A stretch of 64,000 bases of DNA, taken from an uncultured Actinomycetes bacterium. Lineage in GTDB: Bacteria; Actinomycetota; UBA4738; HRBIN12. The stretch lies in the NCBI GenBank assembly GCA_963777495.1, contig CAVZQM010000004.1, positions 362,715 to 426,714 of the forward strand, in the 5' to 3' direction. Positions 18,647 to 26,482 of the stretch are shown in pieces. Made by a program: the position numbers and the translations under genes. The notes under the pieces are model-generated. The model saw only the letters and a list, made by a program, of their open reading frames with translations, was not told the DNA's origin and made no database searches. The stretch's first letter is position 1. Each line of letters opens with the position of its first letter.

Positions 18647-19645
18647 ATGAAGGCCGGGGCGAGCGCCGTCGGGCCGCAGATCCAAGGGGAGTTCCCGTTC
18701 GCGAACGGCGTGTCGACGCTGGGGACCGGATGGCTCGGTGCCTACTTCGTCCTTTCGGGCTCGCCGGTTGCCGCGACGGCGATCAGCCTGTTCGGCTCCG
18801 GGACGATCACCGAGCTCCAGACGTTCACGATGTTGTCGGGGAGCCGTCTCGGCGCGTCGTTCATCGTGCTGCTCACGGGATTCCTCTACGCGATGCGGAA
18901 CCCGAACCGCTCCCGCGGGGAATCCGTCGGGATCGGCATCCAAGCGTTGACGATGACGGCCATCGTGTACCTGCCGGGGATGCTGATCGGGTACGCGATC
19001 ATCCGCGGAGGGCTGCTCGATGGGATGCAGTGGCACGCCTCGGCCAAGATGGAGGCGACGCTCGGCAAGCTCTGGGGGCCGATCGTGGACTTCGTCTCGG
19101 TGCGGGTTCCGGGGTGGGCGCTGTTCCTCGTCGGGCTCGGCGTGATCCTCGTCTCGTTCAGCCTGCTGGATCGCGTGTTGCCCAACCTGAGGAACCAGAC
19201 GGCGATCTCGAAGCATGCGCGCTGGCTGAAGCACCCCTGGATGATGTTCGGATTGGGGTGCTTGGTCGCCTTGCTCACGCTCTCCGTGTCGGTCGCGCTC
19301 ACCATCCTGGTCCCGCTGGCCGCCAAGGGATACGTGAAGCGAGAGGACGCACTCCCCTACATCATGGGAGCGAACATCACGACGCTGGCGGACACCCTGG
19401 TGGTCGCCATGATGCAGAACACGCCCGCCGCGTCGCAGATCGTCCTGGCCGAAGCCATCGGCGTCACGATCGTGTCCATCGGCATCCTCGCGTTCTTCTA
19501 CACGCCGGTGAAACGGTCGGTGCTCGGCTTGGACGACTGGCTCGTCGCGTCGAACCGCCGGCTGGCCGTGTTCGTCGGCATCCTGTTCCTGTTGCCGGTG
19601 AGCTTCTTGCTCTCGGGTCTCCTGGCCGGCACGCCGGGCGCCTAG
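18647..19645 (+). CDS. Na/Pi-cotransporter-like (PF02690-type) membrane protein; true start probably upstream and frameshifted
   Basis: Two repeats resemble the Na/Pi cotransporter signature (SGSPVAATAISLFGSG; IMGANITTLADTLVVAM). TM-helix-like coding (WYIAKKLALFLPAIFLFILAIQL) continues upstream of ATG 18647 in the same frame without any ATG/GTG/TTG. Confidence 0.7.
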   Translation: MKAGASAVGPQIQGEFPFANGVSTLGTGWLGAYFVLSGSPVAATAISLFGSGTITELQTFTMLSGSRLGASFIVLLTGFLYAMRNPNRSRGESVGIGIQALTMTAIVYLPGMLIGYAIIRGGLLDGMQWHASAKMEATLGKLWGPIVDFVSVRVPGWALFLVGLGVILVSFSLLDRVLPNLRNQTAISKHARWLKHPWMMFGLGCLVALLTLSVSVALTILVPLAAKGYVKREDALPYIMGANITTLADTLVVAMMQNTPAASQIVLAEAIGVTIVSIGILAFFYTPVKRSVLGLDDWLVASNRRLAVFVGILFLLPVSFLLSGLLAGTPGA

Positions 19646-19654
19646 TATCCGAGC

Positions 19655-19843
19655 GTGGCCGACGAGCGCGAACCCGAACAGAGCGTCCAAGAGCGGATCG
19701 CCGAGCTGACCGACGACGAGCGCCTGGTCCTGGCGAAGGTCGCCGACATCGTCCGCAAGATCCAGTACGGAACCGTGGTGCTGGTGATCCAGGACGGCAA
19801 GGTCGTGCAGATCGAGATGGCCGAGAAGTTCCGGTTGCGCTGA
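19655..19843 (+). CDS. yezD: YezD-family small protein (DUF2292)
   Basis: 62 aa. The IQYGTVVLVIQDGKVVQIEMAEKFRL motif is characteristic of YezD. It starts with GTG, and its stop overlaps the next ATG (TGATG). Confidence 0.75.
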   Translation: MADEREPEQSVQERIAELTDDERLVLAKVADIVRKIQYGTVVLVIQDGKVVQIEMAEKFRLR

Positions 19844-20673
19844 TGGCCGATCGATCGGAGGGCGCCGTGGCGGTGGTGGGGGCAAGGGACCAGCCCCGTC
19901 CGAAGCTGGCGGTCGGCCGCCTGGTCAAGACGCGCCGCTCCGCGTCGGGTGTGGACGTCACCGCCGTGGACGACGTCAGCTTCGACGTGCACAGCGGGGA
20001 GTTCGTCTGCCTGCTCGGCCCGTCGGGCTGCGGCAAGACCACCATCCTGAACATCCTGGCCGGGTTGGACCAGCCGACCTCGGGAACGGTCCTCCTGGAC
20101 GGCGAGCCGATCCCCGGGCCCGGACCGGACCGCGCCGTCCTGTTCCAGGAGCCGGCGTTGTTCCCGTGGCTCTCGGTCGTCGCGAACGTGGAGTTCGCCT
20201 TGAAGCACGTGGGCGTCGCCGAGAGCGAACGCCGCGTGCGCGCGATGTCGTGGCTGGAGAACGTCCATCTGACGGGCTCCGCGGACGCCCAGCCGCACGA
20301 ACTGTCGGCCGGGATGCGGCAGCGGGCGGCGTTGGCCCGGGCGTTGGCCTGCGAGCCGGACGTGTTGCTCGGCGACGAGCCGTTCGGCGCCCTGGACGCG
20401 CAGGCGCGCGAGCTGCTCCAGAACGAGGTCCAGCGTGTCTGGGTCGAGAGCGACGGCCGGAAGACGTTCGTGTTCGTCACCCACAACGTGCGGGAGGCCG
20501 CGCTCCTGGCTGATCGCGTGCTGGTGATGACCGCCGCGCCCGGCCGGCTGCTCGAGGAGGTGCGGATCCACGCGCCGCGCCCGCGGAACCTGGACGACGC
20601 CCTGGTCGCGCGCGTGGTATCGGAGATCCACGAGGTGCTCATGGGCGAGGTCAGCAAGGGGAACTCCCCGTGA
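19843..20673 (+). CDS. ABC transporter ATP-binding protein (NitT/TauT nitrate/sulfonate/taurine-type)
   Basis: Walker A GPSGCGKTT, Q-loop, signature LSAGMRQR and Walker B LLGDEPFGALD are present. The LFQEPALFPWLSV motif is typical of SsuB/TauB-like ATPases. Confidence 0.9.
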   Translation: MADRSEGAVAVVGARDQPRPKLAVGRLVKTRRSASGVDVTAVDDVSFDVHSGEFVCLLGPSGCGKTTILNILAGLDQPTSGTVLLDGEPIPGPGPDRAVLFQEPALFPWLSVVANVEFALKHVGVAESERRVRAMSWLENVHLTGSADAQPHELSAGMRQRAALARALACEPDVLLGDEPFGALDAQARELLQNEVQRVWVESDGRKTFVFVTHNVREAALLADRVLVMTAAPGRLLEEVRIHAPRPRNLDDALVARVVSEIHEVLMGEVSKGNSP

Positions 20674-21440
20674 GGCGCCTGGCGAAGGAGTTGGGGCCGC
20701 CGCTCGCCGGCGTCGCGGGCCTGGTGCTGGTCTGGGCGATCGTGGCGTCGTTCGTCTCGTCGGAGACCGTGCCGTCGCCGAGCGAGGTGTGGAGCGCGTT
20801 CACGCGCGGCGTCTCCGACGGCACGATCCCCGAAGCGGCGGCCAAGACGATGATCCGACTGGCGTTCTCGTTCGTCGTGTCGATCGTGATCGGTACGGCA
20901 CTCGGCTTCGGGCTTTCGCTGAACGAGTTCGCGCGCCGGTCGGTGCGGCCGCTCGTCGTGGCCTTGCAGATCACGCCGTTCATCGCGTGGCTGCCGCTCG
21001 CCGTGGTGTGGTTCGGGTTCACGGAGCGAGCGGTGGTGTTCGTGACGATCGTCGGCGCGTTCCCGTCGGTGACCCTGGCCACGATCTCCAGCTTCGGACA
21101 GGTGCCGCCGCTCCTCACGCGAGCCGGGCGGACGCTCGGCGCGAACGGCTGGACGCTCTACCGCGAGGTCATCTTCCCGGCGGCGCTCCCCGGCTACGTC
21201 GCCGGGCTCGACCAGGCGTGGGGGTTCGCGTGGAAGGCGCTCATGGCCGGTGAGCTCATCACGGCCGGCCTCCGCGCCACCGGACTGGGTCAGCTGCTAC
21301 AGCGTTCGCAGGACGACGTGCCCATGCTGGTCGCGACCGTCGCGGTGATCGTGGTGATCGGGGTCGCGGTCGAGTACCTGGTGTTCGGGACCGTCGACCG
21401 CCGGATCCGCCGCAAGCGCGGACTGCTCGTCGACGCCTGA
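20670..21440 (+). CDS. ABC transporter permease (NitT/TauT family, SsuC/TauC-like)
   Basis: 256 aa with 6 predicted TM segments and a BPD_transp_1-like EAA region (RAGRTLGANGWTLYREVIFPAALP). The start overlaps the ATPase stop. Confidence 0.9.
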   Translation: MRRLAKELGPPLAGVAGLVLVWAIVASFVSSETVPSPSEVWSAFTRGVSDGTIPEAAAKTMIRLAFSFVVSIVIGTALGFGLSLNEFARRSVRPLVVALQITPFIAWLPLAVVWFGFTERAVVFVTIVGAFPSVTLATISSFGQVPPLLTRAGRTLGANGWTLYREVIFPAALPGYVAGLDQAWGFAWKALMAGELITAGLRATGLGQLLQRSQDDVPMLVATVAVIVVIGVAVEYLVFGTVDRRIRRKRGLLVDA

Positions 21441-21460
21441 TCGATCGTCGGCGGTCCCGC

Positions 21461-21664
21461 CTACCGTTCGATGCGGAAGCGGATGCTCACGTGGGTGTGG
21501 TACTCGGTGATCTGGCCATCCACGACCTTCGCCGTGGTCTCCAGGATCTCCATGCTCTCGATCCCTCGGATCGTCTTGGCCGCCTCGGCCAACGCCTGCT
21601 GCGCGGCATCGCGCCACGAGGAGTCCGATACCCCCACGAGATCGATCGTCTTGATGACAGACAT
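21461..21664 (-). CDS. Dodecin-family flavin-binding protein
   Basis: 67 aa. The IKTIDLVGVSDSSWRDAAQQALAEAAKTIRGI...V...F pattern matches dodecins. Confidence 0.8.
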   Translation of the reverse strand: MSVIKTIDLVGVSDSSWRDAAQQALAEAAKTIRGIESMEILETTAKVVDGQITEYHTHVSIRFRIER

Positions 21665-21676
21665 CGCGTACCTCCC

Positions 21677-22591
21677 TCAGCTCGTCTGCGACTGATACAC
21701 CTGGATGAAGCGGGCGTAGTTCGCCCCGATCTCTCGCGCGGCCGCGTCTCTGGCCAGCGCACCGTCCACGAACGCTTTCAGCGGGTTCCACCAGATCGAG
21801 CGTCCGATCGCGAAGCCCTGGTAGCCGGGAACGCCGCTCGCGGTGGAGAGCCAATGGTCGACCGCGGCCGTGTCCGCTCCGCGGCCGAGCACCACGCACG
21901 CGACGTGATCGCGTCCCGCCATCCGGCATTGCTCGACCATCGCTTCACAGTCCTCGCGCAGGTCGAGGCCCTCGATCTTCCACACGTCCGGTTCGATGCC
22001 GGTCTCCTGCAGCTGTGCGATCGCCAGACGCATCAGGTGCGGCCGCAGCTCGGTGTCGAACCGTTCGACGTCGCCGCCGACAGACTCGAGCTGCTGGGGC
22101 TCCGCGGGAACCAACAGCTCGAACAGGAACTTGCGGTCGTGGTGATGCAGCCACTCGGACAGCTCCTTCAGCCTGCCGGCCTGACGCGCGTTCAGCGTGC
22201 CGTCGCCCTCCGGGTTGAACCGGACCAGCACCTTGCTGAACGTCGGTTCGAAGCGCTCGATGTGCTCGGAGAACGCATCGCCGTACTCGAAGTCGAACTC
22301 GTCCTGACCGGACTTCTCGACCGGCATCGACAGGGTGAGATGTTCCGCCGACGCGCGTTTCGCGATCTCGGCACCGAACTGCTCGTCCACCAGGATGCCC
22401 GCGGAGATCCGGTCGACCCCACCTCCGAGGGCCCCTTGGAAGCCTTCGTAGATCACCATCTTGGCATCGGCGATCCGTTGCGCGTCTTCGGGCGATGGCG
22501 CGCCTTCGATCCCGAAGAACTTCTTCACGAACGATCCGCGGTGGTCGAACGCCAAGATGAACAGGTCGCCTTCGTACCCGAGCCCGATCAT
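21677..22591 (-). CDS. DUF2090-type TIM-barrel aldolase-like protein (IolC C-terminal-domain-like)
   Basis: 304 aa. LFILAFDHRGSF ... KVLVRFNP ... DVWKIEG are recognised from memory as the 2-deoxy-5-keto-gluconate-6-P aldolase-like DUF2090 family. Unverified. Confidence 0.5.
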   Translation of the reverse strand: MIGLGYEGDLFILAFDHRGSFVKKFFGIEGAPSPEDAQRIADAKMVIYEGFQGALGGGVDRISAGILVDEQFGAEIAKRASAEHLTLSMPVEKSGQDEFDFEYGDAFSEHIERFEPTFSKVLVRFNPEGDGTLNARQAGRLKELSEWLHHHDRKFLFELLVPAEPQQLESVGGDVERFDTELRPHLMRLAIAQLQETGIEPDVWKIEGLDLREDCEAMVEQCRMAGRDHVACVVLGRGADTAAVDHWLSTASGVPGYQGFAIGRSIWWNPLKAFVDGALARDAAAREIGANYARFIQVYQSQTS

Positions 22592-22605
22592 CCCTTCGCC
22601 TCCCC

Positions 22606-22935
22606 TCAGTCGTCGCGATCGATGCTAGCCGGTGCCGCCCAGCGCTCGCTGGACGCGGTCCGGCGATCCTCGTCCATGGACTCGGCCGTGCGCCGGAGAC
22701 CGGCCGATGTGAGATCCATCACGACGACCGCCGCCCCGGCCAGCGCGCCGACGCGGACCGCCAGGCTCCCCACGAGGTTCCGACAGCTGGACGCGACGCG
22801 GAGCACGTCGTGATCGGGGCACGATCCGGCCCCGAACGCTCGGGCGGCCAGCCACACCCCCACCCCCACCACGAGCGCCGCGGCGCACAACGAGCCCAGA
22901 TGCAGGGATCGGCGCGATGGTCCGTTCGCGAACAT
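22606..22935 (-). CDS. Hypothetical small membrane protein (109 aa)
   Basis: Internal ATG of ORF 22606..23568. There are two hydrophobic segments (LCAAALVVGVGVWLAA; VGALAGAAVVVM). It sits directly downstream of the MBL gene. Weak evidence. Confidence 0.3.
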   Translation of the reverse strand: MFANGPSRRSLHLGSLCAAALVVGVGVWLAARAFGAGSCPDHDVLRVASSCRNLVGSLAVRVGALAGAAVVVMDLTSAGLRRTAESMDEDRRTASSERWAAPASIDRDD

Positions 22936-22940
22936 GGCGA

Positions 22941-23585
22941 TCACTCCCGCTCGAACGGGTTCTCGGGCGTCAGGATCTGGACGGTGACCGGCGCGGCGAG
23001 CTCGCGGAAGCGCTCGGCGTCCGCCGGCGAGCCCACCACGAAGCCGTAGTGCATCGGCACCGCGATCCGCGGGGCGATCGACCGAGTCAGACCGGCGGCC
23101 TCCGCCGCGTCCATGGTGTACGTCCCCCCGATCGGCAGCAGGGCGACATCCGTCTTGATCTCGTCGAGCTCCGGGACGTGGTCGGTGTCGCCGGCGTGGT
23201 AGTACGAGCCGCCCGGAAGCTCCAGGACGTAGCCCACCCAGCGGTTCGCCCTCGGATGCTTGTACAGCCGCTCCTCCACCGTGTTGTACGCAGGGACGGT
23301 GGTGAACCGCACGCCGGCGACCTCGTGAGACTCGCCGGGTGCGACCGGGACCACGTCGCCGGTGAGCCCGGCCGCAACGTCGTGCGGGGCCACGATCGTC
23401 GAGCCCGCGGCCGACAGCTTCGCGATCTCGTCCGGCCGAAGGTGATCGTCGTGCGCGTGCGTGATGAGGATCAGGTCGGCCGGCGGCGAGGTGTCGTCGG
23501 TTCCCCACGGGTCGATGTAGATCGAGCGTTCCCCGTCGGCGAACCGGAACGCGGCCTGGCGGTACCACGTGACGCCATCAAGCAC
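22941..23585 (-). CDS. MBL-fold metallo-hydrolase
   Basis: It has the HxHxDH motif (ITHAHDDHL) and a later HAGDTD motif. GTG 23585 is preceded by GAGGAGG 7 nt upstream. Confidence 0.8.
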   Translation of the reverse strand: MLDGVTWYRQAAFRFADGERSIYIDPWGTDDTSPPADLILITHAHDDHLRPDEIAKLSAAGSTIVAPHDVAAGLTGDVVPVAPGESHEVAGVRFTTVPAYNTVEERLYKHPRANRWVGYVLELPGGSYYHAGDTDHVPELDEIKTDVALLPIGGTYTMDAAEAAGLTRSIAPRIAVPMHYGFVVGSPADAERFRELAAPVTVQILTPENPFERE

Positions 23586-23628
23586 AGATCGACCTCCTCG
23601 GACGTCCTCGACGGTAGTCTGGCAAATC

Positions 23629-24951
23629 GTGGCCGAACCTGGATCCCAACGGAACCCCGACGGCGGGGTCAAAGCGAGCTTTTCGCTCTTGCGTCGCAAC
23701 CGCGACTTCCGCCTGGCCTACGTGTCCTCGGCCATCTCGCTCGGTGGAGACTGGTTCCTGCTGGTCGCGTTGTTCGGGCTGGTGCTCGACCTCACCGACT
23801 CGGCGCTCGCCGTGGCGTTCCTCCTCGCCGCGCAGGACCTGACGTACTTCGCGGTGTCGCCGTTCACGGGCGTGCTGGCGGACCGGATGGATCGGAAACG
23901 ACTGATGGTGATCTCGGACGTCGCCCGCGCCGTGCTGTGCCTCGGCTTCCTGGCGATCCAGACCGAGGCGCTGATCTGGATCGCGTATCCGTTGCTCGCC
24001 GTCATGGCGTGCTTCATGGCGCTGTTCGAGCCGGCGTCGGCTGCGGCGCTTCCCAACCTGGTCGATCGGGACGATCTGCGGACGGCGAGCGCGCTCTCCG
24101 GATCGCTGTGGGGAACGATGCTGGTGGTGGGAGCGGCCGTCGGCGGCGTGATCACCGCCGTCCTCGGTCGCGACTTCGCCATCGTGTTCGACTCCCTCTC
24201 GTTCGCCGGGTCGGCGTTGCTGATCCTGCGTATCACGCGGTCGTTCCAGGAATCGCGAGGCGCCCAGAAGCCCGAGCCACTCGGCCGGGCGGCGAAGGAG
24301 ACCCTCGCCTACGCCCGCAAGGATCACCGGGTCCTGGCGCTCCTCGCCGTGAAGTTCGGCTGGGGCCTTGCCGGGGGCGTCCTCGTCCTCATCCCTCTGC
24401 TCGCACGAGGACGGTTCCACGCGGGTGAGATCGGCATCGGGCTGCTGCTCGCCGCCCGGGGGCTCGGCGCACTGATCGGACCGTTCGTGGGCCGAGCCAC
24501 GTTGGGAGAGAAGGACCGCCGGCTGTTCCTCACGATCGGCGTGGCACTCGGGATCTTCGGGGCGGGGTACGCGCTGCTCGGCCTCGTCCCCAGCATGCTC
24601 CTCGCACTTCCCGCCGTCGCGCTCGCGCACACCGGCGGAGGCGCGCAGTGGATGCTCTCCTCCTACGGGCTGCAGCGGATCGTCCCCGACCACATCCTCG
24701 GGCGCATCTTCGCGTTCGACGGCATGTTGGTCACACTTACGTTCGGCACGTCAAGCGTGCTGACCGGGTGGCTCGCCGAGACGATCGGCCCCAGCGAGAC
24801 GTCGGTCGTCATGGGCGGCGTCGCCGTCGTCTGGTCCGTCGTCTGGATGTGGCTCACGACGGATGTCCGGCGGGCCACCATGATGGACGGCTGTGGCGGA
24901 CCTCCACCCGACGCGTACGAGCTTCCCGGGGCGACGGCGCCCGCTGGCTGA
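23629..24951 (+). CDS. MFS transporter
   Basis: 12-TM-like hydrophobic profile, LADRMDRKRLMV motif A, and RNRDFRLAYVSSAIS typical of the enterobactin-exporter-like MFS_3 group. Start is GTG 23629; GTG 23569 would overlap the divergent MBL start. Confidence 0.8.
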   Translation: MAEPGSQRNPDGGVKASFSLLRRNRDFRLAYVSSAISLGGDWFLLVALFGLVLDLTDSALAVAFLLAAQDLTYFAVSPFTGVLADRMDRKRLMVISDVARAVLCLGFLAIQTEALIWIAYPLLAVMACFMALFEPASAAALPNLVDRDDLRTASALSGSLWGTMLVVGAAVGGVITAVLGRDFAIVFDSLSFAGSALLILRITRSFQESRGAQKPEPLGRAAKETLAYARKDHRVLALLAVKFGWGLAGGVLVLIPLLARGRFHAGEIGIGLLLAARGLGALIGPFVGRATLGEKDRRLFLTIGVALGIFGAGYALLGLVPSMLLALPAVALAHTGGGAQWMLSSYGLQRIVPDHILGRIFAFDGMLVTLTFGTSSVLTGWLAETIGPSETSVVMGGVAVVWSVVWMWLTTDVRRATMMDGCGGPPPDAYELPGATAPAG

Positions 24952-24954
24952 CCG

Positions 24955-25605
24955 TCAGCTGGTCGGAGGCGGAGGCGCCGGCGGCGTATCGGGCGCCGAA
25001 GGTGCGGCCGGGGGCGCGGGCGGCGCCGGATCGGACGGCGGCGTCGCGAAGTCGACCTGCGGCGGTCCCGCGTCGCGGATCGTGTCCGGGATCTCGAAGA
25101 ACTCCGCGGGCTCGAAGTGGAACATGCCGGCGATGATCGAGGACGGGAAGGCCTCGAGGCGCGTGTTGTACGTGCGGACGTTCGCGTTGTAGAAGCGCCG
25201 CGCGGTCTGCAGGCGGTCCTCCGTGTTCGACAGCTCGGTCTGCAGCGCCAGGAAGTTCTGGTTCGCCTTCAGGTCCGGGTACGCCTCGGCGACGGCGAAC
25301 AGCTTGCCCAGGGCCGCCATGAAGGGTCCCTCGGCCGCGGCCTGGGCCGCGGGCGAACCGGTGGCGCCGGCGGCCGACGCGCGCGCGCGAGTGACCTCCT
25401 CGAACACCTCGCGCTCGTGGGTGGCATAGCCCTTCACGGTCTCGACCAGGTTCGGGATCAGGTCGTAGCGACGGCGGAGCTCGGTGTCGATGTTGGCCCA
25501 TGCGTCCTTGATGAGGTTCTTCTGGGTGACGAACCGGTTGTACGAGATGACGCCGGCGATCGCGACGAGCACGATCACGCCGAGCACGATCCAGACGGCG
25601 GTCAT
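24955..25605 (-). CDS. lemA: LemA-family membrane protein with Pro-rich C-terminal tail
   Basis: N-terminal TM segment, then YNRFVTQKNLIKDAWANIDTELRRRYDLIPNLVETVKGYA and RFYNANVRTYNTRLEAFP (LemA signatures). This is the internal ATG of ORF 24955..26091. Confidence 0.85.
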   Translation of the reverse strand: MTAVWIVLGVIVLVAIAGVISYNRFVTQKNLIKDAWANIDTELRRRYDLIPNLVETVKGYATHEREVFEEVTRARASAAGATGSPAAQAAAEGPFMAALGKLFAVAEAYPDLKANQNFLALQTELSNTEDRLQTARRFYNANVRTYNTRLEAFPSSIIAGMFHFEPAEFFEIPDTIRDAGPPQVDFATPPSDPAPPAPPAAPSAPDTPPAPPPPTS

Positions 25606-25634
25606 GGCGTTCCTTTCGACGAGGTCAGGGCAGC

Positions 25635-26444
25635 TTATCCCGTGGTTCCGGGAGTGGTCGGCGCTTCGTCTCCGGGGTTGTCCGGCGTCCAATGACCGGC
25701 GAGCCACCGCGCCTCGTTCTCGGCGTGCAGATCCGGTCGGGATCCGGGCGGCAGGGGCGTCGCGCGCGCGTACAGCGAGTAGACCACCCGTGGCACCCGG
25801 TCGAGGAACGCATTCGACACGCCGAGGAGCGTGACGATCTCCATGGGTCGGACCTTGCGGCGGTAACACAACAGACGGTCGCCCATGACCTCGAACGCCA
25901 CACCCTTGCCGTTCTGCAGGAGCCACTGCATCATCCGCGCGTCCACGAAGTCGCTCGCGAACTTCTTGTCTGACGACTTCACGTTGAACGCGCGGTTGAA
26001 GTCCTCCGACTCGAACTCGATGTCGCGGAACGTGAGCGCGTCCGCCAGGCGAGTGAGCACGTTCTCGTTCTCGATCGACAGCGGTGAACACGCGGCGTCG
26101 ATCGGCAGGATCACGCCGTTGAACCGGTAGTAGGTCTTGGATGTGTGGCCCTTGGAGTCGGTCGACTCGTCGTAGTACCAGTAGTCGAACGCCTTCACGT
26201 CGATCGACTGGTACTCGCCGGCCAGGACGTTCTCGATCCCGCGCCCGTCACCCTTCTTGAACAACGCGAAGGGCTCCGCCAACAGATCGAACGCATCCTC
26301 CGGCCAGTACTCCATCCCGAGTTGCACGGCGACCAGCGCGAACGCTTCGCGACGCTTCTGCTTGGCCAGGTACGACAGGATCAACGCCCCGATCACCAGG
26401 GCGATGATCCCCACGAAGATGAGCGGGAACGCGATGTCCATCAC
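25635..26444 (-). CDS. Membrane-anchored hypothetical protein (DUF3137-like lemA partner)
   Basis: 269 aa with an N-terminal TM segment and composition and length like the uncharacterised partners commonly encoded next to lemA. Family assignment is from memory only. Confidence 0.5.
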   Translation of the reverse strand: MMDIAFPLIFVGIIALVIGALILSYLAKQKRREAFALVAVQLGMEYWPEDAFDLLAEPFALFKKGDGRGIENVLAGEYQSIDVKAFDYWYYDESTDSKGHTSKTYYRFNGVILPIDAACSPLSIENENVLTRLADALTFRDIEFESEDFNRAFNVKSSDKKFASDFVDARMMQWLLQNGKGVAFEVMGDRLLCYRRKVRPMEIVTLLGVSNAFLDRVPRVVYSLYARATPLPPGSRPDLHAENEARWLAGHWTPDNPGDEAPTTPGTTG

Positions 26445-26482
26445 GACCAGTATCGACCGCTCGCGTCTCGGGTGGAGGCCGG

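Noticed and set aside
18465-18647. 60-aa ORF with strong SD as a genuine leader peptide
   Set aside because: Its product (…SSTLSRSRRSDTAPGTSPRSWRSSCLRSSCSSSPSS) looks like an out-of-frame reading of the membrane gene. A frameshifted true start is more likely. It is kept as a finding rather than a feature.
18260-19885. Upstream two thirds of the 966-aa minus-strand ORF 16985..19885
   Set aside because: Only the 3' 1275 nt (purA, from MPASIVLGTQWGDEGKG) is protein-like. The remainder is antisense to the Na/Pi-like membrane gene and the leader, and is R/E/D/P-rich.
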